Positions 55,109 to 64,000 of a stretch of 64,000 bases of DNA are shown here, piece by piece. Source of the DNA: an uncultured Methanoregulaceae archaeon (GTDB lineage: Archaea; Halobacteriota; Methanomicrobia; Methanomicrobiales; Methanospirillaceae); assembly GCA_963701095.1 (NCBI GenBank), contig OY969564.1, positions 1,568,001 to 1,632,000 on the forward strand. The letters are read 5' to 3'. The position numbers were made by a program, and so were the translations under genes. How positions within the stretch are numbered: position 1 is the stretch's first letter; every line of letters begins with the position of its first letter. Below the pieces are notes generated by a model. It ran no database searches, had not been told where the DNA came from, and saw nothing but the letters and a program-made list of their open reading frames with translations.

Positions 55109-55200
55109 TATTTCTGAAATGAAAAACAAAGATAGAAAAACAGGCCATTTCTGCCACACTCATCGATACTATTAAATAAGTTTCTTCGTACAGTTTTTTT

Positions 55201-55565
55201 ATGGTTAAGATCATAGACACACTTTTAGGAAAAAATTCTACCAGTTCCGATGATGAATACATGGATCTGGATCTTAGTTCCTACGAGGAACACGGCAAGG
55301 ATTCTCCGGCGCTTCTGGTAAAAATTGCAACAATCGCAGATCTCAAGGATACCCCCCGGTCAAAGATGAAGTTTACAACGGAAACATCGTAATCGTCGAT
55401 ATCTCACGCTTAAAGATGGACAAGATCTCCTACGAGCGGGTCTTAAAGGACTTAAAAGAAGTTGCAAAGGACGTTAATGGGGACATTATTGGTCTTGGCG
55501 ACCAGAGATATGTCGTTCTGACACCGATGTCTGTCAAGATCTCACGCGACAAGATCGGGGCATAA
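55201..55565 (+). CDS. sepF: Cell division protein SepF; one base missing near 55359
   Basis: DEYMDLDL, then DTPR|VKDEVYNGNIVIVDI...VNGDI.GLG...VVLTP..VKISR. Confidence 0.85.
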
Positions 55566-55569
55566 AGCG

Positions 55570-56108
55570 GTGCGCACTGTCGTCCCAGGACCGTGTCCAT
55601 ACTGTAATACTGAGATAGAATATATCTACAAAACAGAAAATATACCCTTTTTCTCTGATATTCTTATCATCTCTGCGGTCTGCCCTTCCTGCGGATACCG
55701 ATACGTGGATACGCAACTTCTTAAAAATGCAGATCCGGTTCGGTATGAGATGCCAATAACGACACGCGACGATCTCGATGTGCGCGTGGTACGAAGCATG
55801 ACTGCAAGCCTTGAAATACCTGAGCTCGGGTCCGGATCGATCCTGGCCCTGCTTGTGAAGGGTTTGTGTCAAATGTTGAAGGAGTACTCAACAGAATCGC
55901 ACAAGCCATAAAAACTGCGATTAGAGATGGCGATGATGTTGAACAGGAAAACGGGCGGGTGCTTCTTGAAAAGATAGCAAGCATCTCTGCAGGTGAAACA
56001 CCGGCGACCCTCATCATCCAAGATCCGATGGGAAATAGCGCACTCGTATCAGATAACGCTAAAAAGACCGCTTTTATACCTGATGATCCGTATACCTGTG
56101 AGGGGTGA
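55570..56108 (+). CDS. ZPR1-type zinc finger protein; one base missing near 55830
   Basis: CPYC...IPFF...CPSCGYR, IPELG|VRIDPGPACEGFVSNVEGVL, DPMGNS. Confidence 0.88.
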
Positions 56109-56179
56109 TATCACTTTATTTAGAGATCATGCGGCGCCTCCCATCAATCCCGCAATCTATAATAGCACAATGGCGTTAA

Positions 56180-56614
56180 TTATGAATGACGGTCTTTTTT
56201 TTCTGAAAGGAATGCTCCGACACTAAACCTATTGGGGTCATGAGTCTTTGTGACATTTGATCCTTCATAAGTCCTGTCAGCTTTTTGTAAAAGTGCCCTC
56301 AATGCTTTTTTCAATTTATCCGAGCGTTTTGCTGTCATTGATCGCAAAGATGATTTCAGAATTTTACCCTCACGTGCCTGGAGAGCATGTTCCTCGCAAA
56401 GAACAATAAGAATTTTCATGGGATCTTCATCGAGCCGTTGAGGATTATGAGACAGCATCCCAATCTGATGGATTTCAAGTGACTCCGGATCGTTTACTGT
56501 TTCGCAGTGCTCGCATTTGCCGACAAGTTCCTTAATCTGTTTCTTGGTTTTTGAAGAGAGGGCGATACGGCTTCGTGGAGGAGTGTTAAGACTTGACTTG
56601 AAATCAACGGTCAC
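56180..56614 (-). CDS. Hypothetical protein with HNH-like zinc motif
   Basis: CEHC...LEIHQI...LIVLCEEH. Confidence 0.65.
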   Translation of the reverse strand: MTVDFKSSLNTPPRSRIALSSKTKKQIKELVGKCEHCETVNDPESLEIHQIGMLSHNPQRLDEDPMKILIVLCEEHALQAREGKILKSSLRSMTAKRSDKLKKALRALLQKADRTYEGSNVTKTHDPNRFSVGAFLSEKKDRHS

Positions 56615-56680
56615 GCATATCAGCCCTCTTTAATCTGCTATTTTTAGTTTCCCTGCCATGGTTTAGGAACGGGACCGGAT

Positions 56681-57673
56681 TCAGGTAACCTGATAATCGC
56701 CGAGCCATGCCCCGGGTTTTTCTATAACTTCTCCAACAACCTGTGTGCCTTTCACTTTTTTAATCAAGATATCCACCGATTCCGGAGGAACCACATAGGA
56801 ATATCCCATCCCCATATTAAATGTGCGATACATTTCGTTCTCGGAGATTGCCCCCATTTCTTGTATCCACCGGAAGATCTCCGGTGGTGTGATGGGATTA
56901 TCGAACCGAAAACCAAACGAGCTCAGTCTCAGGAAATTCAATAATCCTCCTCCGGTGACATGGCACATGCCGTGTATCATGCACGTATCAGCGACCTGGA
57001 GACTTTCATGGTAGATCCGTGTAGGCGTGAGAAGTTCGCTACCAAGTGTTTTGCCGTTTCTAAGTTTTTCATCGTAATCAGCATATTTCTCCACGATCAT
57101 CCTTGCAAGTGAGAGTCCGTTACTATGGATGCCGGTTGAGGGGACACCCACGATCACGTCACCCGGCCGGATCTTCTCACCGGTTACTATCCGGTCTTTT
57201 TCCTGTACCCCGACGCAGGTTCCGGCAAGGTCCAGACCATTCACAAGACCCTTAAGCGACGCGGTTTCCCCTCCAACAATATCGATATTCGCAAGCCGAG
57301 CCCCTTCATTAAGACCGATGCCGATCTGGGCCATTTTTTCGGCCGACAATATATCAGTCGCAATATAATCAACAAATGCAATCGGTTCCATATGCATTAC
57401 GTAAAGATCGTTTACATTCATCGCTATGCAATCGATCCCTACCGTAGACCAGTCCTTCATCCTGTCAGCTACAAGCATCTTGGTTCCAACGCCGTCGGTT
57501 GTGAGGGCGAGGGCCGACGATCCAAAATCGATTAGGCCGGCAAAATGCCCGACATTACCGAGCATTGTGTGTTTACCTTTCCTTTTGAATGTAAGATTTT
57601 TAATAAGGGCCTTAATTGCAGCTGCCTCAAGATCAATATCCACGCCCGCGTCGCTATACGCGTTCCCGGTCAA
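56681..57673 (-). CDS. purM: Phosphoribosylformylglycinamidine cyclo-ligase
   Basis: Y..AGVD, TDGVGTK, GGETA, STGIHSNG, H.TGGG, TFNMG.G. Confidence 0.96.
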   Translation of the reverse strand: MTGNAYSDAGVDIDLEAAAIKALIKNLTFKRKGKHTMLGNVGHFAGLIDFGSSALALTTDGVGTKMLVADRMKDWSTVGIDCIAMNVNDLYVMHMEPIAFVDYIATDILSAEKMAQIGIGLNEGARLANIDIVGGETASLKGLVNGLDLAGTCVGVQEKDRIVTGEKIRPGDVIVGVPSTGIHSNGLSLARMIVEKYADYDEKLRNGKTLGSELLTPTRIYHESLQVADTCMIHGMCHVTGGGLLNFLRLSSFGFRFDNPITPPEIFRWIQEMGAISENEMYRTFNMGMGYSYVVPPESVDILIKKVKGTQVVGEVIEKPGAWLGDYQVT

Positions 57674-59067
57674 TTACATTCCTCCGAAAGCTGGAATTCA
57701 TCATGTAGTATCCGTACAGATCGCGGACCGTCCTGCTGCCGGACCACAAACGAGATATTCGCCTCACTTGATCCCTGAGAGATTATCATGACATTTACAC
57801 CGGCTTTTCCAAGGGCAGTAAAGATCCGGCCTCCAGTTCCAGCGGCACCTGCCATACCAGCTCCTACTACAGCCACTGCACACACATCCCGGTTATGCGT
57901 TATTTCCCGTACGATTCCATCTGTTACAAGCGGTTTAAGAGCGTCAACAGCGGATTCAAGATGAGATTCGTCTACGATGAGGGAGATATTGGCTTCCGAT
58001 GACCCCTGTGAGATCATCATGATATTCACTTCCCGGTCAGCGAGCGCGGAAAAGATTGCCTTTGCAACGCCAGGCCTTCCAATCATTTGAGCGCCGTTGA
58101 TATTGATGGAAGCGACTTTCTCAATATAGGTTAGCGCTTTAACAATGCGGCTGTCGCGATGACCGTTTCTTACGATGAGGGTTCCAGGAGCGGTGGGATT
58201 GAAGGTGTTTTTCACCCGGACAAGGATATTTTTTCTCATGGCAGGGTCTATTGAACGTGGATGCATGACTTTTGCGCCGAAGTACGAAAGTTCCATAACT
58301 TCGATATATGACACGCTTTTTAGAACGCGGGCATCGTTAATAACCCGTGGATCGGATGTCATGATCCCATCTACATCTGTCCATATCCAGATCTCATCTG
58401 CATCGATCCCAGCACCAATTATGGATGCCGAATAATCCGAACCACTCCTCCCAAGAGTTGTTATTATCCCGTTCTCGGTACAACCCATGAAACCCATGAC
58501 AACCGGGATCTCCTTTTTTAAGAGAGATCCAATTTTCTTTTTGATTATCTCATCACTTCGGGAAAGAGCGGTTGCCTCGCCATGCTGGGCGGTAGTAAGG
58601 ATACCCGCTTCACATCCATCAAACACAATCGAAGGGATGCCGCGCTGGCGGAGAGCTGCACCCATGACCGGGGCAAGCAACCGCTCCCCGTACGAAATGA
58701 CGTAATCTTTCGACCGGGGAGTAAGTTCTCTGAGATTATAGATCGCAAAAAGAATATGCTGGAGGCTCGCGAGGCGTTTTTCAATAATCTCCTCAACTTC
58801 CCTGACGTAATCCGGTGCTGCCCCTTTAAGTGTAGCCATGTGTCGTTCACGGAGATGAGCGATGAGCGGCGGGACTTCAGAGCAGTCTTTTGCCACGGGC
58901 AGCTTTTCTGCAATAGCAATGAGCTGATCAGTCACACCCCTTTGAGCGGAGACGACGACCGCCACTTCATCTCCTGCTTTATGGTGTCCTTCAAGGATGT
59001 CCACTACACGCTTTATACATTGTGCATCAGCAACTGACGTCCCGCCAAATTTCATCAGAAATCTCAT
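57670..59067 (-). CDS. lysC: Aspartate kinase with two ACT domains
   Basis: KFGGTSV, TTLGRSGSDYSA, WTDVDG, two ISQGSSE repeats. Confidence 0.94.
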   Translation of the reverse strand: MRFLMKFGGTSVADAQCIKRVVDILEGHHKAGDEVAVVVSAQRGVTDQLIAIAEKLPVAKDCSEVPPLIAHLRERHMATLKGAAPDYVREVEEIIEKRLASLQHILFAIYNLRELTPRSKDYVISYGERLLAPVMGAALRQRGIPSIVFDGCEAGILTTAQHGEATALSRSDEIIKKKIGSLLKKEIPVVMGFMGCTENGIITTLGRSGSDYSASIIGAGIDADEIWIWTDVDGIMTSDPRVINDARVLKSVSYIEVMELSYFGAKVMHPRSIDPAMRKNILVRVKNTFNPTAPGTLIVRNGHRDSRIVKALTYIEKVASININGAQMIGRPGVAKAIFSALADREVNIMMISQGSSEANISLIVDESHLESAVDALKPLVTDGIVREITHNRDVCAVAVVGAGMAGAAGTGGRIFTALGKAGVNVMIISQGSSEANISFVVRQQDGPRSVRILHDEFQLSEECN

Positions 59068-59126
59068 TTCGTTTCACTCGGCTGTACCATTTATTTATGT
59101 AACTATACGACGCACAGAATTATAAT

Positions 59127-60753
59127 ATGCGTGCAGATGACGTGGTTGACTGCCACGTGCTAGTGATTGGTAGCGGCGGCGCAGGTGTACGTGCAGCAAT
59201 TGAGGCGGCCCGGTACGGGGACACCCTGCTCGTTTCAAAAACGATCGCCGGAAAGGGCGGTTGCACTACCATGGCAGAAGGAGGCTACAATGCGGTACTA
59301 CGCCAAGAAGATTCCTACGATATCCATTACGATGATACGCTAAGAGGAGGGGCATACCTCAATGACCCTGACTCGTAAAAATCCTCGTACAGGAAGCACC
59401 CCAACGCATTAACGATCTTATCCATTGGGGCGCAGTTTTTGATTTCACCAACGAATGCGAGATTGCCCAACGTCCATTTGGCGGCCAACGATTCCCCCGG
59501 ACTTGTTATGCAGGGGATCGTACCGGCCATGAGATGATGATGACCCTCATGGAACGTTTCGATACTTCTGGTGCCACAAAAATGGAGGAAATCGCAGTTA
59601 TTGACCTCCTTAAACAGGACGATAGTGTCATTGGCGCCGTTGCTCTTAACGAGAACGGGGAGATGGTCATAATAACCGCAGATAGCACCATCCTTGCCAC
59701 CGGAGGAGGTGCACGGGTTTACGATATTTCGACGAATTCTTCAAGTGGCACGGGTGACGGCTTTGCTATGGGATACCGCGCGGGAGCTGAGCTTATTGAT
59801 ATGGAAATGGTGCAGTTTCATCCAACCGGTGCGGTCTACCCATATGATGCACGTGGCAGGCTCATAACGGAAGCCGTGCGGGGTGAGGGAGGGATCTTGA
59901 AAAATATCCTCGGTGAACGTTTTATGGAAAAGTACGATCCCGTACGTAAGGAGCTCTCGACCGGGATGTTGTTTCTCGGGCGATTGCAACCGAGATCGCA
60001 AACGGCCGGGGGACACCACACGGGGGAGTGTTCCTCGATGTTACTCACCTCCCAAAAGAGCAAATCGAAACTCGTCTGCCAGTGATGCTCGAACAGTTCC
60101 TGACATTTGGTGTGGATATCCGAACAAATGCAATGGAGGTCGCCCCTACTGCCCATCATATAATGGGCGGCTTAAAGATCACATCAAAATGTGAAACTAC
60201 GGTTCCCGGCCTCTTTGCCTGCGGCGAAACAGCAGGTGGTGTTCAGGGGGCAAACAGGCTGGGAGGGAATGCCCTTGCCGAGACACAAGTATTCGGCAAA
60301 AGGGCCGGAGAGTTTGCCGGGCAGGAAAGAAACCGGGTAAAAAAAATCAATCCAGCACAAGCGTCCAACGTGCAGAAATGTATCGATACTTTCTTTTCCG
60401 GGTGCGAAAACCCTGCACGGGTTCGAAAGGAGCTCCAGTGCGCTATGTGGCAGGGAGCGGGTATTTTCCGCGATGAGACAGGGCTCAGGCGGGCACTTGC
60501 TACCTCAGAACGCCTGCTCCAAGCTCCACTAAAAGCAGTTGGCCCCTCAGGTCCTGCGGAATGCTTTACTATTCGGAATATGTGTCTTACTTCGGTTCTC
60601 ATCTGCCGTTCGGCCCTTATCCGTCCCGAATCCAGAGGTGCAGATATGCGAGTGGATCTATTGCAGGACTGGGAGGCTGAACACTCTCCTTTCGGACACA
60701 CGTACATCTCCAGGGAGAGGGAAGGCATTATCAGGCACGGGGCAACTTCATGA
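59127..60753 (+). CDS. tfrA: Thiol:fumarate reductase flavoprotein subunit; single-base deletions near 59371 and 59961
   Basis: GSGGAG, TMAEGG, QRPFGG, DRTG, QFHPT, TEAVRGEG, PTAHHIMGG, GANRLGGN; followed by tfrB. Confidence 0.88.
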
Positions 60754-62222
60754 AAGAGCTCAACGTGATGATCCAACGATTTAACCCGAAAACAGATCTG
60801 CAGCCTCACTTCGAATCATATACCGTGCAGGTAAATGAAGGGGCCAGGGTCCTTCATGTCCTTCATGCAATCCACGACGAGATAGATCCTACGCTGTCTT
60901 ACAGGTACTGCTGCGGATCCGGGCAGTGCGGAAGCTGTGCCCTCCGGGTAGATGGTGAACCTGTCCTCGCATGTATGGAGGAGGCGACTGACGGTATCAC
61001 CATTACCCCTTTGAATCTTCCCATTAAAATAGACCTGATGGTAGATCTCATCCCGAAAATTGAGGCTATTGCATCGCTTATTCCAGCGCCCGATAACATG
61101 TTTCACCTGCCAGCCAAAGCGCAAATTGATGAGATGAAACCGCTCCGGGACTGCATCGAATGCCTCGCATGTGTTTCAGTCTGCCCGGCAATGGAGGTAA
61201 CAAATTTCCTTGGGCCTACTGCGATGCGGCAGGAAATGAGGCTTGCACTTGATCCCCGGGACACCGGCACTCGTGTAACGGATGCAGTTCGGGACGGCCT
61301 GTATACCTGCACAAGCTGTCAGGCCTGCTTTCTATCCTGCCCGAAAAAGATTAAAATCCCGGCAAAAGCGATCGAAAAACTCAGGGCGCTTGCAAACATT
61401 CAAGGGTTCACTCTTCCCCGACATCTTGAAGTTGCCGCACTGATTGAAAAAACAGGCAGAAGTGTCCCTCGCACTGCTGAGTCGTTCCTTGAAAAGATGG
61501 ATGAGGTCATCGAACCACACGGACCGATAAAAGCAACGGTTGGTTTCTTCGTAGGTTGCATGTACAACCTGCGCCAGCAACAGTCAGCACTTGATGCAAT
61601 GGAAGTACTGCGCCGGAACGGTATTCGTGTAATCATCCCCAAGGAACAAGTCTGCTGCGGTTCACCTCTTATCCGTACAGGCCAGCTGGCTATTACCGAG
61701 ACGCTTAAACGACGAAATATTGATACGTTCCGATGCCGGGGGATAGACACAGTGATGACGATGTGTGCAGGGTGTGGCTCGACGCTTAAACACGATTACA
61801 TAACGCCCTTTAAGGTTATGGACATCAACGAGGTGCTCACCCAGTTCGGTATTGAACCCCCAGCGCGTCTTTCCGTAAAAGCGACCTATCATGATCCCTG
61901 TCACTTAATGCGGGGACAAGGCGTTAAGGAGGAGCCTCGCCAGATCATTCGCCAGGTAGTCGATCTTGTTGAGATGCCTGCCATTTGTTGTGGATCCGGA
62001 GGCGGGGTTAAGTCAGGTATGCCTGATGAGGCAGCAGCACTTGGCCGGCGAAGAGGGGAGGAAATAAAAAAGACCGGAGCTGATATCGTCATTACCTCAT
62101 GCCCTTTCTGTGAATACCATATTGCAAGCCACACTAAAAAACCAGTAAAAAACGTCATGACCGTTTTGCTTGAGGGGTACCAGGAAAAAGATCGGCAGGA
62201 AAAGAAAGCAGAATCTTCTTAG
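60750..62222 (+). CDS. tfrB: Thiol:fumarate reductase Fe-S subunit (SdhB-like + CCG domains)
   Basis: CCGSGQCGSC 2Fe-2S, two CxxCxxCxxxCP motifs, two CCG domains. Confidence 0.92.
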   Translation: MKELNVMIQRFNPKTDLQPHFESYTVQVNEGARVLHVLHAIHDEIDPTLSYRYCCGSGQCGSCALRVDGEPVLACMEEATDGITITPLNLPIKIDLMVDLIPKIEAIASLIPAPDNMFHLPAKAQIDEMKPLRDCIECLACVSVCPAMEVTNFLGPTAMRQEMRLALDPRDTGTRVTDAVRDGLYTCTSCQACFLSCPKKIKIPAKAIEKLRALANIQGFTLPRHLEVAALIEKTGRSVPRTAESFLEKMDEVIEPHGPIKATVGFFVGCMYNLRQQQSALDAMEVLRRNGIRVIIPKEQVCCGSPLIRTGQLAITETLKRRNIDTFRCRGIDTVMTMCAGCGSTLKHDYITPFKVMDINEVLTQFGIEPPARLSVKATYHDPCHLMRGQGVKEEPRQIIRQVVDLVEMPAICCGSGGGVKSGMPDEAAALGRRRGEEIKKTGADIVITSCPFCEYHIASHTKKPVKNVMTVLLEGYQEKDRQEKKAESS

Positions 62223-62264
62223 CCTTTATCACCCTTTTGAATAATTGTCACCGAAAAAACAGAC

Positions 62265-63416
62265 TTAATCTTGTTTCAACAGGTATTCGTATGCTTCGAG
62301 AGCCGCTTTCGCCCCTTCACCGGCGGCAATTACGATCTGCTTACTTTTGATCGAAGTAACATCCCCCGCGGCAAAGACCCCGGCGCGGCTTGTACAGCAG
62401 TTTACATCCACGATGATCTCCTTATCGTTATTGAGGTCTACCAAGCCCTCGGTAATATCTGTATTTGGCAACCAACCGACCTCAATAAAAACGGCGTCAA
62501 CATCGATGCTCTGCTCACCTTTACTTTCGGTTGTCAATGTGATGCGCTCAAGAAAACGATCGCCGCTTAAATTGGAGATCTGCGAATGAAGATGTATGGT
62601 GATATTTTTAATCCCTTCGAGTTTCTTAATAAAAACCGGATCGGCTTTTATCGTGCTACGAACGATCAGGCTCACTGATGCTGCGATGCTGCTCATTTCA
62701 AGCGCTGTCTGGATACCGGAATTTCCACCACCGACGACTGCAACCCTTTTACCTTTGTAAAGCGGACCATCACACGTCGAACAGAGAGACAGTCCCCGTC
62801 CAATATATTTGTCCTCGTCCTGCACACCGAGTTTCCTAGGCTTCTTTCCCTGCGTTAGAATCAGGCTTTTTGCTTTCACTGCAATCCCGGAAGCGGTTGA
62901 TACTGTGAAAAGTTCCTGCTCTGGGGTTATTTTGCTAACACGGTCAATTTCAAGTCGTACATCGAAGATGCGCACCTGATCTTCGAATTTTTTCATAAGA
63001 TCTTCTCCGGTTATCATCCGGTAACCCATATAATTTTCGATTGCCCACGATTCTAGTGCCTGGCCACCGATATTTTCAGAAACAATAAGGGTCTTTAAAA
63101 ACTTGCGGGCGCAGTATACCCCTGCGGTAAGGCCAGCCGGTCCTGCACCTATGATTACAACGTCGTAAATTTCATCTGATAGATGAGAGCCGAATAATTC
63201 ATTGAGACGCTGAGAGTCGTAGCCAACAATAACCTCTTCGTCAACAGTTATAACTGGCACGCCACGCTGGCCGGAAAGCGCTATCATTTTTTGCGCTGCA
63301 GCAGCATCGACCCCAACATCAATCGATATATATTGGACGCCCTGTTTCTCAAGGAAAGCCTTTGCCATACGGCAGTATGGGCAGTTCTTGGTGGAATATA
63401 CAGTGACCGTGCTCAT
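62265..63416 (-). CDS. Glutaredoxin-thioredoxin reductase fusion protein
   Basis: N-terminal CPYC...GVP Grx domain; GAGPAG, CSTCDG, GGGNSG, GVFAAGD. Confidence 0.9.
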   Translation of the reverse strand: MSTVTVYSTKNCPYCRMAKAFLEKQGVQYISIDVGVDAAAAQKMIALSGQRGVPVITVDEEVIVGYDSQRLNELFGSHLSDEIYDVVIIGAGPAGLTAGVYCARKFLKTLIVSENIGGQALESWAIENYMGYRMITGEDLMKKFEDQVRIFDVRLEIDRVSKITPEQELFTVSTASGIAVKAKSLILTQGKKPRKLGVQDEDKYIGRGLSLCSTCDGPLYKGKRVAVVGGGNSGIQTALEMSSIAASVSLIVRSTIKADPVFIKKLEGIKNITIHLHSQISNLSGDRFLERITLTTESKGEQSIDVDAVFIEVGWLPNTDITEGLVDLNNDKEIIVDVNCCTSRAGVFAAGDVTSIKSKQIVIAAGEGAKAALEAYEYLLKQD

Positions 63417-63538
63417 CAATGCGAAGAGGTCTGCGGAAAATATAAAGATTATGTACCTGACAGAAAACTGTGAAATTAAGCGCAAATTTCTTTTCCAGAA
63501 AACCCCTATCCCTTCATACAAAGAAACAGGATCCAACT

Positions 63539-64000
63539 ATGCGTAGAAACACCGGCGGTAATCTCGTATGGGGTATTGTCTTTGGGATTGCAATCGGGTT
63601 GCTGATGAGTACATCCTTTGCTGCCGCTGCAACCGGAACAACTCCTGCCTCCGGGGGTCCTGTGGTGTATCTTAATTTCAACGAAGGCAGTGGCAATCTG
63701 GCACTGGATGCATCCGGTAATGGGAATACCGGGACAATTCATGGTAACGCGTACCGGGTCGATAATGATGGATGTGTTAAGGCACTGGTGCTTGATGGTA
63801 ATGGGAGTTACGTGTCAATTCCTTATACCCCAGAGAACCACCCCACAGATACTATCACGGTGTCGCTCTGGTTTTATGTGAACAATACATTCCCCCAGAC
63901 TCTGGTATCGACCTACACAGATGGAGGGGGGTACAGGCTCGGGTTTGATGAAGGAAATGATCTCTGGTGGACACTTGCTCTCGAAAACCCGCAGGGAAGC
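63539..64000 (+). CDS. Secreted LamG-like jellyroll domain protein; runs off the window end
   Basis: Not in the ORF track. Manual translation: signal peptide, then YLNFNEGSGNLALDASGNGNTG...LDGNGSYVSIP...ITVSLWF. Confidence 0.8.
   Translation, partial: MRRNTGGNLVWGIVFGIAIGLLMSTSFAAAATGTTPASGGPVVYLNFNEGSGNLALDASGNGNTGTIHGNAYRVDNDGCVKALVLDGNGSYVSIPYTPENHPTDTITVSLWFYVNNTFPQTLVSTYTDGGGYRLGFDEGNDLWWTLALENPQGS

Overview
A gene-dense chromosomal window from a methanogenic archaeon, probably Methanomicrobiales (Methanoregula-like). The assignment rests on DP2/PolD with a Gln-terminated mini-intein, cofD, tfrAB, rpl37e-lsm, bacterial-type ruvABC and archaeal mevalonate-pathway genes. Housekeeping content includes hmgA, trm5, hisG, polC(DP2), aconitase X/ubiD/ubiX, aspS, a core methionine synthase, purF, purM, aspartate kinase, sepF, tRNA-Leu(CAA) and initiator tRNA-Met. 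Less ordinary content: (1) an operon of five overlapping prepilin-like genes plus a ~1064-aa Ig/VWA adhesin, with no assembly ATPase nearby; (2) a divergent A/V-type ATPase split into convergent HI and KECFABD halves, next to a head-to-head pair of unknown paralogous small proteins; (3) an aIF-1A copy missed by the ORF track, with two in-frame stops and no start codon; (4) a near-identical 19-bp operator-like motif upstream of both a Cys-rich MarR gene and a LonA-type protease. Twelve single-base frameshifts in otherwise intact genes lie at or next to AGCT or CCGG. This suggests motif-linked, possibly methylation-linked, sequencing error rather than true pseudogenes. No CRISPR array, transposase or integrase was seen. 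All calls come from reading the sequence by eye; no searches were run.
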